Of a DNA stretch of 64,000 bases, positions 47,138-57,794 are shown piece after piece. Location of the stretch: assembly GCA_964291675.2 (NCBI GenBank), contig OZ219866.1:2976001-3040000 (forward strand). The letters run 5' to 3'. Within the stretch, counting starts at the first letter, position 1. Each line of letters starts with the position of its first letter. Origin of the DNA: Alphaproteobacteria bacterium. Its GTDB lineage: Bacteria > Pseudomonadota > Alphaproteobacteria > MPNO01. Position numbers and translations under genes: made by a program. The notes beneath the pieces were generated by a model. It worked only from the letters and a program-made list of their open reading frames with translations. It ran no database searches and was not told the DNA's origin.

Positions 47138-48418
47138 ATGAGCGAACTCTGGCAGCTCACCGCGGCCGAGGCGGGCCGGCGCATCGCCGCCGGCGAGATT
47201 CTTTCGGAGGCGCTGGTCCGGTCCTGCCTGGAGCGGATCGAGGACCGCGACGCCGACATCGAGGCCTGGGCCCATCTCGATCCCGACTACGCCATGGCCC
47301 AGGCGCGGGCGGCCGATTCCCAGGCGCCCAGGGGCCCGCTGCACGGCGTGCCGTTCGCGGTGAAGGACGTGATCGACTCGGGCGAGCTGCCGACCGAGTA
47401 CGGCGCGCCGGCGATCCATGGCGGCCACCGGCCGCAGCGCGACGCGGCCTGCGTGGCGGCGATGCGCCGGGGCGGCGCGGTGCTGCTGGGCAAGACCGTC
47501 TCCACCGAGTTCGCCACCTTCCAGCCCGGCAAGACCCGCAACCCGCACAACGCGGGCCACACCCCGGGCGGCTCGTCGAGCGGCTCGGCCGCCGCGGTCG
47601 GCGCCTCGATGGTGCCGATCGCCTTCGGCAACCAGACCGCCGGGTCGCTGATCCGCCCGGCCGCGTTCTGCGGCGTGGCCGGGCTCAAGCCGACCCACGG
47701 CACGGTGGACCTCGCCGGCATTCTCGCGCTCGAGCCGGTCTTCGACACGCTGGGCTACATGGCCCGGTCGGTCGACGATCTGGGGCTGTTCTACGACATC
47801 GTGCGCGGCGCCGAGCCCGCGGTCCCGGCGGACGGGCTCGGCCGCGCGCCGAAAATCGGGCTGTGCCGCACCCATCACTGGAGCAGGGCCGAGGACGAGA
47901 CCCGCGAGGCGGTCGAGCGCGCGGCGGCGAGATTCGCCGATCTCGGCGCCGAAGTCGCCGATCTCGACCTGCCGGACGCGTTCGCCGCGATCCCCGACAG
48001 CCACCGGGTGCTCCTCAACGCCGGGCTGACCCAGAGCCTCGCCCGGCAATACGCCGATCACCGCGACCGGCTGAGCGAGCGGCTGCGCGGCATGATCGAG
48101 GAGGGGCTGGGCTATGACGAGGCGACGGTCGAGGCCGCCCGCACCCATGCCAGGGCGTGCCGCGCGCAGGCCGACGAGGCGTTCGGCGGGTGCGACGCGC
48201 TGCTCACCCCGAGCGCGCCCGGCGAGGCGCCGGAGGGGCTCGGCATGACCGGCGATCCGATCTTCCAGACCACCTGGACGCTCTTGCATCTGCCCTGCGT
48301 GACGCTGCCCTTCGCGACCGGGCCGCGCGGGCTCCCGGTCGGCGTGCAGCTGATCGGCAGGCGCGGCGCGGATGCCGCCCTGCTCGCCGCCGCCAAGTGG
48401 TTCCACCGGCGGGTGTGA
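47138..48418 (+). CDS. Amidase signature family enzyme
   Basis: GPLHGVPFAVKD, TPGGSSSGSAAAV, GNQTAGSLIRPA. Confidence 0.93.
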   Translation: MSELWQLTAAEAGRRIAAGEILSEALVRSCLERIEDRDADIEAWAHLDPDYAMAQARAADSQAPRGPLHGVPFAVKDVIDSGELPTEYGAPAIHGGHRPQRDAACVAAMRRGGAVLLGKTVSTEFATFQPGKTRNPHNAGHTPGGSSSGSAAAVGASMVPIAFGNQTAGSLIRPAAFCGVAGLKPTHGTVDLAGILALEPVFDTLGYMARSVDDLGLFYDIVRGAEPAVPADGLGRAPKIGLCRTHHWSRAEDETREAVERAAARFADLGAEVADLDLPDAFAAIPDSHRVLLNAGLTQSLARQYADHRDRLSERLRGMIEEGLGYDEATVEAARTHARACRAQADEAFGGCDALLTPSAPGEAPEGLGMTGDPIFQTTWTLLHLPCVTLPFATGPRGLPVGVQLIGRRGADAALLAAAKWFHRRV

Positions 48419-49221
48419 GCGAGCCGCCAGGCCCCGCCGCCGGCCGCATTGCGCGCATCGCCGCGCCGCTCGCGATCGGCATCGCCGTGCTCGCCCTCTG
48501 GGAGGGCGCGGTCCGCGTCCACGAGGTCGCGCACTATGTCCTGCCCGGGCCGCTGCTGATCCTGGAGACCCTGGCGAAGGACTGGCAGACCCTGCTGGTC
48601 TCGCTCGCGCACACCATGAAGACGGCGCTCGGCGCGTTCCTGCTGGCGGCGGCGGGCGGGCTCGGCATCGCCATCCTGTTCGCCCGCTCGCGCTGGCTGG
48701 AGGCGAGCCTGTTCCCCTACGCGGTGATCGTCCAGGTGACGCCGGTGGTCTCGATCGCCCCGCTGATCATCATCTGGGTCAAGGACATCGAGATCGCGCT
48801 CTTGATCTGCGCCTGGATCGTCGCCTTCTTCCCGGTCGTCGCCAACACCACGCTCGGGCTGAAGAGCGCCGACCACAATCTGCGCGACCTGTTCGAGCTC
48901 TACGGCGCGAGCCCGCGCCAGATCCTGTGGCGGCTCCGCCTGCCGAGCGCGCTGCCCTACTACCTGTCCTCGCTCAGGATCGCCGGCGGGCTCGCGCTGA
49001 TCGGCGCGGTGGTGGCGGAGTTCGTCGCCGGCACCGGCGGCGCCGCCTCGGGGCTCGCCTGGCGCATCCTCGAATCGGGCTACCGGCTCAACATCCCGCG
49101 CATGTTCGCCGCGCTGCTGCTGATCTCGCTCGCCGGCATCGCCGTGTTCGCCGCGCTCGGCTGGCTGCAGCACGCCCTGCTGCGCCGCTGGCACGAGAGC
49201 GCGGTGGCCAGGGAGGGGTAG
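48415..49221 (+). CDS. ABC transporter permease (NitT/TauT type)
   Basis: LFPYAVIVQVTPVVSIAPL, LRLPSALP, ALIGAVVAEF; GTGA overlap. Confidence 0.9.
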   Translation: MSEPPGPAAGRIARIAAPLAIGIAVLALWEGAVRVHEVAHYVLPGPLLILETLAKDWQTLLVSLAHTMKTALGAFLLAAAGGLGIAILFARSRWLEASLFPYAVIVQVTPVVSIAPLIIIWVKDIEIALLICAWIVAFFPVVANTTLGLKSADHNLRDLFELYGASPRQILWRLRLPSALPYYLSSLRIAGGLALIGAVVAEFVAGTGGAASGLAWRILESGYRLNIPRMFAALLLISLAGIAVFAALGWLQHALLRRWHESAVAREG

Positions 49222-49320
49222 GGGGTCCGCATGGCCCAGCAACCGTCCATGCACTAACATCCGGAGCGAACCGCTCAGGGGTGCCGGTCGCAGCGACACC
49301 CGCGTGACGGAAACAGCGAA

Positions 49321-50559
49321 ATGAACGCGATGACGATGACCGGCGAGGCGCCACCGCGGATCGAACGCCTCAAGGTGCAGAACTTTCGTGCCCTGCGGGA
49401 CGTCGAGCTGACGCGGATCACGCCGCTTACCGTGCTGCTGGGCCCCAACGGCAGCGGCAAGACGACGGTGTTCGACGTCTTCGCCTTTCTCGCCGAATGC
49501 TTCGAGAGCGGGCTGCGCCGAGCTTGGGAAAAGCGCGGCAGGGCGCGCGAGCTGAAATCGCGCGGCGCGGACGGACCTGTCCTGATCGAGATCGCCTATC
49601 GCGAACGGCCGAAGACACCCCTGATCACCTATCGCCTCGAAGTGGACGAGACCAACGGCAGACCCGTCGTGGCCCAGGAATGGCTTCGGTGGAAGCGGGG
49701 GAGCCATGGAGCACCGTTCAGGTTTCTCGACTACGCCGACGGAGTGGGGCGGGTCATCCCGGGTGAACTGCCCGACGCGCGGGATGAGGGGATGGAGGTC
49801 CCCCTGAGTTCACCGGACACGCTCGCGGTCAACGCGCTCGGCCAGCTCGCGGAGAACCCCCGTGTGGTCGCGCTCCGGGACATCATCATGGGATGGCACA
49901 TGTCCTGTCTCTCGTTCGAGGACGCGCGGGGACAGCCGGAGGCGGGGCCACAGGAGCGCCTGAGCAAGACCGGGGACAACCTCGCCAACGTGATCCAGTA
50001 TCTGTCCGAAGAGCATCCCGAACGCTTGGAGTCGATCTTCGGCAGGCTCCGCGAACGGGTCCCCAGGATCGAGAACGTCACCGTCGACCTGACGAGGGAC
50101 GGCAGGCTGTTACTCCGAGTCAAGGACGCCCCGTTCGCCGAGCCCGTCATGGCCCGCTCCGTGTCCGAAGGCACGCTCAAAATGCTCGCCTACCTGACGC
50201 TGCTGCACGACCCGGTTCCGCCGCCCTTCATCGGCATCGAGGAGCCCGAGAACTTCCTGCATCCCCGCGTGCTCCACGGGTTCGCCGAGGAGTGCCGGGA
50301 AGCGGCCCGGGCGACCCAGATCCTCGTCACCACCCATTCGCCGTTCTTCCTCGACACGCTGCGACCGCGCGAAGTGCGCGTGCTTTGGCGCGACGAGTCC
50401 GGCTACACGCGATGTCACGCCTTGGACGGAAACGACAAGGTCAAGGCGTTCATGGAGGCCGGCGCCCAGCTTGGCGATCTCTGGATGGAAGGGCATTTCG
50501 GTGTCGGAGACCCGCTGACCGGGGGCGGAATGCCGGCGCGGGGCAGTGTCGGAACCTGA
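49321..50559 (+). CDS. AAA_21-type (ABC-like) ATPase
   Basis: [39 protein letters not shown]. Confidence 0.9.
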   Translation: MNAMTMTGEAPPRIERLKVQNFRALRDVELTRITPLTVLLGPNGSGKTTVFDVFAFLAECFESGLRRAWEKRGRARELKSRGADGPVLIEIAYRERPKTPLITYRLEVDETNGRPVVAQEWLRWKRGSHGAPFRFLDYADGVGRVIPGELPDARDEGMEVPLSSPDTLAVNALGQLAENPRVVALRDIIMGWHMSCLSFEDARGQPEAGPQERLSKTGDNLANVIQYLSEEHPERLESIFGRLRERVPRIENVTVDLTRDGRLLLRVKDAPFAEPVMARSVSEGTLKMLAYLTLLHDPVPPPFIGIEEPENFLHPRVLHGFAEECREAARATQILVTTHSPFFLDTLRPREVRVLWRDESGYTRCHALDGNDKVKAFMEAGAQLGDLWMEGHFGVGDPLTGGGMPARGSVGT

Positions 50560-50560
50560 C

Positions 50561-51178
50561 ATGCCCGCCTGCCATTTCGAGTTCCACGTGGAAGAAGTCT
50601 CCATGGAGGCGTTTCTCAGGACCTGGCTGCCCGGTTTCCTGCCGGCGGGCTGCACCTTCGGAACCTACCCCTACCCGGGCAAGGGCGCGCTGTTGCGCAG
50701 GATCGGGGATCGCCTCAGGGGCTACGCGGCATGGATGCCGGCGGAGTACCGCATCGTGGTGGTCGTGGATCGCGACGCAGACGACTGCATGGAGCTCAAG
50801 TCCACGCTCGATCAATTCTGCGAGAGCGCCGGGCTCCGTTCGAGACGAGCCGCGGGCGGCGCCGGCTGGCAAGTCGTGACGAGGATCGCCATCGAAGAGC
50901 TTGAAGCCTGGTATTTCGGCGACTGGACGGCGGTGCGCGCGGCGTATCCGCGCGTATCGGCGAATATTCCCGGTCGCGCCGCCTACCGGGACCCGGATGC
51001 GATCCGCGGCGGCACTTGGGAGGCGTTCGAACGAGTCCTGCGGAAGCACGGCTATTTCAGGCAGGGATTGGCCAAGGTACAGGCCGCCACCGACATCGGT
51101 CGAAATATCGACCCCGCGCGCAACCGGTCCCGCAGCTTCGCGGTATTCCGCGATGCGATCGCCGAGGCCGCCGCGTAA
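50561..51178 (+). CDS. DUF4276-family (TOPRIM-like) protein
   Basis: HVEE.SMEAFL, VVVDRDADD, IEELEAWYFGD, NRSRSF. Confidence 0.82.
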   Translation: MPACHFEFHVEEVSMEAFLRTWLPGFLPAGCTFGTYPYPGKGALLRRIGDRLRGYAAWMPAEYRIVVVVDRDADDCMELKSTLDQFCESAGLRSRRAAGGAGWQVVTRIAIEELEAWYFGDWTAVRAAYPRVSANIPGRAAYRDPDAIRGGTWEAFERVLRKHGYFRQGLAKVQAATDIGRNIDPARNRSRSFAVFRDAIAEAAA

Positions 51179-51226
51179 AGGTTTTCGGGACCGTCGCCGC
51201 TTTCGCCTCCGCCCTCGGCGTAAGGG

Positions 51227-52417
51227 TCAGCACGCCGCCGCGGCGCCCTGGCTCATCAGGCCGCGATAGATCTCGTCGTCGCCGATCACGCCGACCAGGC
51301 GGCCGTCCTCGACCATCAGCACCGGGCGGCCGGTGCGGTGGCGCAGCTCGATCGCCGCCCGCATCCGCAGATCCGGCGCCGCGGCGCAGATCGTGCCGGC
51401 GTCGAGCGCGGCCGGGTCCGTGTCCGGCGTGTGGTGGCGGATCGCGGCGGGGGCGGGCTCGATGCTGGCCTCGACCGGCTCGCCCGCCTCGTTCAGGCTC
51501 AGCCGGTTGAGCCCCGACCAGTCGAGCAGCAGCTTGCCGCCGCCGCGCCTGATCTCGGCCACCGGCGTCATCAGCGAGCCGCAGCGCAGCACGTTGAGCG
51601 CGTCCATGTGGGCGATGAACTCGGCGACATAGGCGTTGGCCGGCTTGAGGACGATCTCTTCCGGCTCGCCGAACTGGACGATGCGGCCGGCCTCCATGAT
51701 GGCGATGTGGCGGCCGAGCTTGAGCGCCTCGTTGAGGTCGTGGCTGACGAACAGGATGGTCTTGCCGAGCCGGCGTTGCAGGTCGAGCAGCTCGTCCTGC
51801 AAATGCTCGCGGATCAGCGGGTCCAGCGCCGAGAACGGCTCGTCCATCAGCAGGATGTCGGAATCGGTGGCGAGCGCGCGGGCGAGCCCCACGCGCTGCT
51901 GCATGCCGCCGGAAAGCTCGTGGACGAACCGGTCGGCCCAGCGGTCGAGATCGACCAGCTTCAGCTTCTCCGCCACCAGGGCGTCGCGCTCGGCCCGTCC
52001 GGTGCCGCGCAGCTCCAGGCCGAAGCTCACATTCTCGTGCACCGTGCGCCAGGGCAACAGGGCGAATTGCTGGAACACCATGGCGATGTGCTGCATGCGC
52101 ATGCGCCTGAGCGTGGCGGCATCGCAGAGGGTCATGTCCAGCATCTCGCCGCCGTCGCGCACCAGGACCCGTCCGCGGGTGACCGGGCACAGCCCGTTGA
52201 CCGCGCGCAGCAGCGTCGACTTGCCGGAGCCCGACAGGCCCATCAGCACGCAGATCTCGCCCGGGCGGACGGCGAGCGACGCCCCGGCGACGCCGACCAC
52301 CGCGCCGGTCGCGTCGTGGATCTCCTGGCGCCCGGCGCCGCCATCCAGCATCGCGAGCGCGGCCCCGGCGTCGCCGCCGAACAGGATGTCCACGTCGTTG
52401 AGCTCGATCGCGCGAAT
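51227..52417 (-). CDS. choV: Choline/betaine ABC transporter ATP-binding protein
   Basis: [34 protein letters not shown]-like tail; start either ATT 52417 or GTG 52393. Confidence 0.88.
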   Translation of the reverse strand: MRAIELNDVDILFGGDAGAALAMLDGGAGRQEIHDATGAVVGVAGASLAVRPGEICVLMGLSGSGKSTLLRAVNGLCPVTRGRVLVRDGGEMLDMTLCDAATLRRMRMQHIAMVFQQFALLPWRTVHENVSFGLELRGTGRAERDALVAEKLKLVDLDRWADRFVHELSGGMQQRVGLARALATDSDILLMDEPFSALDPLIREHLQDELLDLQRRLGKTILFVSHDLNEALKLGRHIAIMEAGRIVQFGEPEEIVLKPANAYVAEFIAHMDALNVLRCGSLMTPVAEIRRGGGKLLLDWSGLNRLSLNEAGEPVEASIEPAPAAIRHHTPDTDPAALDAGTICAAAPDLRMRAAIELRHRTGRPVLMVEDGRLVGVIGDDEIYRGLMSQGAAAAC

Positions 52418-52420
52418 CGA

Positions 52421-53269
52421 TCAGCTCCGCCGGTTGTCGCCGCCGCGCTGCTTGCAGATGCGGTCGAGCAGGATGGCGACGATGACGATGGCGAGCCCGG
52501 CCTCGAACCCCTTGGCGATGTTGACCGTATTGAGCGCGCGCAGCACCGGGACGCCGAGCCCCGGCGCGCCCACCATCGCCGCGATCACCACCATGGAGAG
52601 GCTGAGCATGATGCACTGGGTCACGCCCGCCATGATGGTCGGCATGGCGTGCGGCAGCTCGACCTTCCACAGGAGCTGGCCGCGCGTCGCGCCGAACGCC
52701 TCGCCGGCCTCCACCAGCGGCCGCGGCACGCTGGAGATGCCGAGATGGGTGAGCCGGATCGGCGCCGGGATGGCGAAGATCACCGTCGAGATCAGCCCCG
52801 GCACCACGCCGAGGCCGAACATGATCATGGTCGGGATCAAATAGACGAAGGTCGGGATGGTCTGCATCAGGTCGAGCACCGGCCGGATGGCGTTGTACAG
52901 CCAGGGCCGGTGCGCCGCCGCGATGCCGACCGGCACGCCGGCGGCGATGCAGATCACGGTCGAGAACAGGATCAGGGTGAGCGTCTGGACCGTGTTCTCC
53001 CAGTAGCCCAGATTGATCACCAGCAGCAGCGTCAGCACCACCGCCGCCACCAGCTTCCACGAGCGGTGCAGAAAGAAGGCGAGCGCCGCGAGCAGCGCCA
53101 CCAGCACCAGCGCGGGCAGCGCCAGCGCGAGCCCGGTGACGCCCTCGATGACGAATTTCAGGATCTCGGACAGGTAGTCGAAGAACCAGGCCCCGTGGTC
53201 CAGCAGGACGTCCACGAAGGACTCGATCCACCTGCCGAGCGGGATCTTCTCGTCCGTCAGCCAGTCCAA
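52421..53269 (-). CDS. choW: Choline ABC transporter permease
   Basis: RPVLDLMQTIPTFVYLIP, EAGEAFG, MLSLSMVVIA. Confidence 0.9.
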   Translation of the reverse strand: MDWLTDEKIPLGRWIESFVDVLLDHGAWFFDYLSEILKFVIEGVTGLALALPALVLVALLAALAFFLHRSWKLVAAVVLTLLLVINLGYWENTVQTLTLILFSTVICIAAGVPVGIAAAHRPWLYNAIRPVLDLMQTIPTFVYLIPTMIMFGLGVVPGLISTVIFAIPAPIRLTHLGISSVPRPLVEAGEAFGATRGQLLWKVELPHAMPTIMAGVTQCIMLSLSMVVIAAMVGAPGLGVPVLRALNTVNIAKGFEAGLAIVIVAILLDRICKQRGGDNRRS

Positions 53270-53324
53270 GACCTACCCCGCGGCGTTGCCCGCCCTCCCT
53301 GGCGGCGGTCCCGGGGCGAGGCGG

Positions 53325-54278
53325 CTACAGCCCCAGCGCCTTGTCGACCGCGGCCATGGAGTCGCCCCCGCCCATCGTCGTCACCCCGGCGAGCCAGGTC
53401 TTCAGGATGGCCGGGTTCTGCTTGAGCCACGCCGCCGCCGCCTTCTGCGGCTCCTGCTTGTCCTCCAGGATCGCGGTCATGATCTCGTTCTCCATCGCCA
53501 GGGTGAATTGCAGGTTCTTCAGCAGCCTGCCGACATTCGGGCACTGCCCGGCATAGCCCTTGCGGATGTTGGTGTAGACCTCGGCGCCGCCGAAATTCGG
53601 TCCGAACACGTCGTCGCCGCCGGCGAGATAGGTCATCTCGAACCTGGCGTTCATCGGATGCGGCTCCCAGCCCAGGAACACGATCCACTGCTTCTTGCGG
53701 TTGGCGCGCACCACCTGGGCCAGCATGCCCTGCTCGCTCGATTCGACCAGCTTGAAGCCCTTCAGGCCGAACGCGTTCTTGGCGATCATGTCCTGGATCA
53801 GGCGGTTGCCGTCGTTGCCGGGCTCGATGCCGTAGATCTTGCCTTCGAGCCGGTCGCGGTACTTGGCGATGTCGCCGAAGCTCTTGATGCCGCCGTCGGC
53901 CGCCAGCTTGTTGACCGCGAGCGTGTATTTCGCCCCGGTCAGGTTCTTCGCCACCGTCTCGACCGACCCGTCGTCGCGGTAGGGCTTGATGTCGGCCTCC
54001 ATGGTCGGCATCCAGTTGCCGAGGAAGACGTCGATATCGCCGTTCTTGAGGCTGCGATAGGTGACCGGCACCGACAGCACCTTCGCGGTGGGATCGTAGC
54101 CGAGCGCCTTGAGCACCACCGAGGTTGCCGCGGTGGTCGCGGTGATGTCGGTCCAGCCGACATCGGAGAAGCGGACCGACTTGCACGAATCGGGATCGGC
54201 CGCCGATCCGGCGGACGAAAACAGCACGGCAAAAGCCGCGCCGATGGCCGCTATGCGCAGGCATTTTGTCATTGACAT
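53325..54278 (-). CDS. choX: Choline ABC transporter substrate-binding protein
   Basis: VRFSDVGWTDITATT, FLGNWMP, YGIEPGNDGN, FLGWEPHPMN. Confidence 0.93.
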   Translation of the reverse strand: MSMTKCLRIAAIGAAFAVLFSSAGSAADPDSCKSVRFSDVGWTDITATTAATSVVLKALGYDPTAKVLSVPVTYRSLKNGDIDVFLGNWMPTMEADIKPYRDDGSVETVAKNLTGAKYTLAVNKLAADGGIKSFGDIAKYRDRLEGKIYGIEPGNDGNRLIQDMIAKNAFGLKGFKLVESSEQGMLAQVVRANRKKQWIVFLGWEPHPMNARFEMTYLAGGDDVFGPNFGGAEVYTNIRKGYAGQCPNVGRLLKNLQFTLAMENEIMTAILEDKQEPQKAAAAWLKQNPAILKTWLAGVTTMGGGDSMAAVDKALGL

Positions 54279-54385
54279 GTCCTCCCCTTGGCTACCCCAT
54301 GCGCGTCCCGACCGGAAAGCCCGGGCCGGATACCGCTGGAATGGCGGGTATATTGCCACAACGGTCGCAGTGGCGGGACACCCGG

Positions 54386-56044
54386 ATGAACGCAAACCAG
54401 GCTTTCGATTACGTCGTGGTCGGCGCGGGATCGGCCGGCTGCGTGCTGGCCAACCGGCTGACCGAGGACGGCGCCTCGACCGTGCTGCTGATCGAGGCCG
54501 GCGGCAGCGACCGCAGCGTGTTCCTGCAGATGCCGTCCGCGCTGGCGATCGCGATGACCCACCGGCGCTACGGCTGGCATTACTGGTCCGAGCCCGAGCC
54601 CGGCCTGGGCGGGCGGCGCCTGCATTGCCCGCGCGGCCGGGTGCTCGGCGGCTCGTCCTCGGTCAACGGCATGGCCTATGTGCGGGGCAACGCGCTCGAC
54701 TACGACTCCTGGGCCGAGGGCGGCGCGACCGGCTGGTCCTATGCCGAGGTGCTGCCCTATTTCCGCAAGGCCGAGACTTGCGCCGCCGGCGGCGATGCCT
54801 ATCGCGGCGATTCGGGCCCGCTGCATACCAGCCGCGGGGCCATGGCGAACCCGCTCTACGAGGCCTTCATCGAGGCCGGGACCGAGGCGGGCTACGCGCG
54901 TACCGACGACATGAACGGCTACCGGCAGGAGGGTCTGGGGCCGATGGACATGACGGTGCACCGCGGCCGGCGCTGGAGCACGGCGAACGCCTATCTCAAG
55001 CCGGCGGCGGCCCGAGCCAACCTCGCCGTCGAGTCGGGCGCGCTGGCCACCCGTATCCTGCTCGACGGAAGGCGCGCCCGCGGCGTCGAGTACCGCAAGG
55101 GCGGCGCGCTGCTGAGCGTCGAAGCGCGGCGCGAGGTGGTGCTGTCGGGCGGGCCGATCAACGCGCCGCAGCTCCTGATGCTGTCGGGAATCGGCCCGGC
55201 GGGGCATCTGCGCGAGCACGGCATCGAGGCGGTGCACGACCTGCCCGGCGTCGGCGGCAATTTGCAGGACCATCTGGAGCTCTACGTCCAGCGGGCCTGC
55301 ACCAGGCCGATCACGCTCTACGCCGCGACCGGGCTGGTGCAAAGGGCGCTGATCGGGCTGCGCTGGATGGCGTTCAGGACCGGCCTCGGCGCGACCAACC
55401 ATTTCGAATCCGGCGGCTTCATCCGCTCGCGCCCGGGCATCCGCTGGCCCGACATCCAGTATCACTTCCTGCCGCTCGCGGCGTCCTACGACATGCAGAA
55501 CCGGATTCGCCGCCACGGCTTCCAGGCGCATGTCGGCCCGATGCGCTCCCGCTCGCGCGGCACAATCCGCCTGGCCTCCGCCGACCCCGCTTCGCCGCCC
55601 GAGATCCGCTTCAACTACATGAGCCATCCCGACGACTGGGCCGACATGCGGGCCTGTGTCCGCCTGACCCGGGAGATCTTCGCCCAGCCCGCCTTCGACC
55701 CCTATCGCGGCGCCGAGCTGGCGCCCGGCGAGGCGGTGCGGAGCGACGCGGAGATCGACGCCTTCGTGCGCGAGACGGTGCAGAGCGCGTACCACCCCAC
55801 TGGCACCTGCAAGATGGGGACCGACGCCATGGCGGTGGTCGATCCGGCCTGCCGGGTGCATGGCGTCGACGCACTCCGCGTGGTCGACAGCTCGGTCATG
55901 CCGACGATCACCACCGGCAACCTCAACGCGCCGACCATCATGATCGCCGAGAAGGCGGCCGATGCGATCCGCGGGCGCCAGCCCCTGCCGGCGTCGGACG
56001 CGCCGGCCTATGCCGCCCCCGGCTGGCAGCGCACCCAGCGCTGA
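54386..56044 (+). CDS. betA: Choline dehydrogenase
   Basis: VVGAGSAG, PRGRVLGGSSSVNGM, TNHFESGGF, AYHPTGTCKMG, GNLNAPTIM; divergent from choXWV. Confidence 0.93.
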   Translation: MNANQAFDYVVVGAGSAGCVLANRLTEDGASTVLLIEAGGSDRSVFLQMPSALAIAMTHRRYGWHYWSEPEPGLGGRRLHCPRGRVLGGSSSVNGMAYVRGNALDYDSWAEGGATGWSYAEVLPYFRKAETCAAGGDAYRGDSGPLHTSRGAMANPLYEAFIEAGTEAGYARTDDMNGYRQEGLGPMDMTVHRGRRWSTANAYLKPAAARANLAVESGALATRILLDGRRARGVEYRKGGALLSVEARREVVLSGGPINAPQLLMLSGIGPAGHLREHGIEAVHDLPGVGGNLQDHLELYVQRACTRPITLYAATGLVQRALIGLRWMAFRTGLGATNHFESGGFIRSRPGIRWPDIQYHFLPLAASYDMQNRIRRHGFQAHVGPMRSRSRGTIRLASADPASPPEIRFNYMSHPDDWADMRACVRLTREIFAQPAFDPYRGAELAPGEAVRSDAEIDAFVRETVQSAYHPTGTCKMGTDAMAVVDPACRVHGVDALRVVDSSVMPTITTGNLNAPTIMIAEKAADAIRGRQPLPASDAPAYAAPGWQRTQR

Positions 56045-56062
56045 GCCGGGTCGCCGCCGGCG

Positions 56063-56407
56063 TCACCCCGCCCCGGTCGCCGCCGGCAGGTCGCCGAGGC
56101 GCGCGCGGACCTCGCCACGGAATTCCGAGAACTCGCGGGCGAGGCCCTGGTGATCCTTCGCGAGATCGTCGACCTTCTCTTCCAGCCGAACGAACTTGTC
56201 CTCCAGCCGGTCGAACCGGTCCTCCAGCCGTTCGAATCTGTCCTCAAGCCGTTCGAACCTGCCCTCCAGCCGGCCGAACCTGTCCTCAAGCTGGGCGAAA
56301 TTGTCCTGAAGCCGGCCGTACAGGCGCAACAGGAACATGGCGAAGGTACCGCCCGACGCCAGCAGCGTCGCCCCGACGCCGAGCACGGTGACGATCTCGG
56401 CGCTCAC
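56063..56407 (-). CDS. Small TM + heptad coiled-coil protein, 114 aa
   Basis: GTG start overlapping upstream TGA; RLEDRF-type 21-bp repeats. Confidence 0.78.
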   Translation of the reverse strand: MSAEIVTVLGVGATLLASGGTFAMFLLRLYGRLQDNFAQLEDRFGRLEGRFERLEDRFERLEDRFDRLEDKFVRLEEKVDDLAKDHQGLAREFSEFRGEVRARLGDLPAATGAG

Positions 56408-56685
56408 CGGGCCGCGCTTTCCGCGGGAAGGTCGCCGAGGCGCGCGCGGACCTCGCCACGGAATTCCGAGAACTCGCGGGCGAGGGCCTGGTGGTCCCTG
56501 GCGAGTTCGTCGACCTTCTCTTCCAGCCGAACGAACCTGTCCTCCAGCCGTTCGAACCGGTCCTCCAGCCGGGCGAAATTGTCCTGAAGCCGGCCGTACA
56601 GGCGCAACAGGAACATGGCGAAGGTCCCGCCCGTCGCCAGCAGCGTCGCCCCGACGCCGAGCACGGTGACGATCTCGGCGCTCAC
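56404..56685 (-). CDS. Small TM + heptad coiled-coil protein, 93 aa
   Basis: Tandem paralogue; GTGA coupling. Confidence 0.78.
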   Translation of the reverse strand: MSAEIVTVLGVGATLLATGGTFAMFLLRLYGRLQDNFARLEDRFERLEDRFVRLEEKVDELARDHQALAREFSEFRGEVRARLGDLPAESAAR

Positions 56686-56921
56686 CGGGCCGCGCTTTCC
56701 GCGGGAAGGTCGCCGAGGCGCGCGCGGACCTCGCCACGGAATTCCGAGAACTCGCGGGCGAGTGCCTGGTGATCCTTCGCGAGATCGTCGACCTTCCCTT
56801 CCAGCCGGTCGAACCTGTCCTCCAGCCGGCCGTACAGGCGGAACAGGAACAGGGCGCAGGTCCCGCCCGACGCGAGCAGCGTCGCCCCGACGCCGAGCAT
56901 GGTGACGATTTCGTTGCTCAT
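56682..56921 (-). CDS. Small TM + heptad coiled-coil protein, 79 aa
   Basis: MSNEIVTMLGVGATLL..; first gene of the tandem array. Confidence 0.78.
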   Translation of the reverse strand: MSNEIVTMLGVGATLLASGGTCALFLFRLYGRLEDRFDRLEGKVDDLAKDHQALAREFSEFRGEVRARLGDLPAESAAR

Positions 56922-57047
56922 GCTCCCAATATAGTAGCACGTGTCGAGTGCTTCACTACCAAAGAGAGAGTTGCGGCGAGCCGCTCGCCTATCGCCCCGG
57001 CGCGGGGAGCGGCCTAGAATATGCCCGCCGCAACGGGAGGACGCGAC

Positions 57048-57494
57048 ATGGCCGGCAGCATCGACGTCGCGCAGGTCGACCATATCGGCATCCGGGTCTC
57101 CGACGCCGGGCGCGCGCTCGCCTTCTACCGCGCGCTCGGCTTCGAGCTCGAACGCGAGGTCGAGTTCGACGCGGTGATCATCATCCGCAATGCGCAGGGG
57201 GTGGAGATCAACCTGGTGGTCAACGCCAATGACGACCATGGCGGGCGCAACGTGCTGATGGACGTGGACGGCACCAAATACGCCGGCATCACCCATGTCG
57301 CGCTACGCGTCGCCTCGGTCGCGGATACCGTCGCGGCGCTCAACGAGAACGGCATCGAGATCCGCCAGGGCCCGGTCAGGTTCGGCGAGGACGGCAACGT
57401 GTCGGTGTTCGTGCGCGACCCCGACCTCAACGTGATCGAGCTGCGCGGCCGCGACGAGGACCTCGACGGCGTCGAGCATTACGCGCCGGGTTGA
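57048..57494 (+). CDS. VOC/glyoxalase-family protein
   Basis: [32 protein letters not shown]. Confidence 0.9.
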   Translation: MAGSIDVAQVDHIGIRVSDAGRALAFYRALGFELEREVEFDAVIIIRNAQGVEINLVVNANDDHGGRNVLMDVDGTKYAGITHVALRVASVADTVAALNENGIEIRQGPVRFGEDGNVSVFVRDPDLNVIELRGRDEDLDGVEHYAPG

Positions 57495-57548
57495 GCGCCG
57501 GCGGCCGGCACCCGGGCATTCGTTTGCAGTCCCGAAGCGGCGACGGGC

Positions 57549-57794
57549 TCACTTCGCGGCTGGGAGCTCCCCGCGGATGAAGCCCTGCAACAGCCCCTCG
57601 AGCCGGGCCATGCGTTCGCGGAGTTCGGATATCTCGCCGGCCAGGCTCCGGTGGTCGGCCGCCAGGCTCCGGATGTCATCCGCGAGACGGTCGATCTTCT
57701 CGTCCAGGCGGCGTTCCATGCCGGCGCTGGTACGCCAGTTGAACAAGGCCAGCGCGATCCCGACGCCCAGCATGGTGAGGATTTCGTCGCTCAT
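57549..57794 (-). CDS. Small TM + coiled-coil protein
   Basis: MSDEILTMLGVGIAL..LRERMARLEGLLQG. Confidence 0.75.
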   Translation of the reverse strand: MSDEILTMLGVGIALALFNWRTSAGMERRLDEKIDRLADDIRSLAADHRSLAGEISELRERMARLEGLLQGFIRGELPAAK

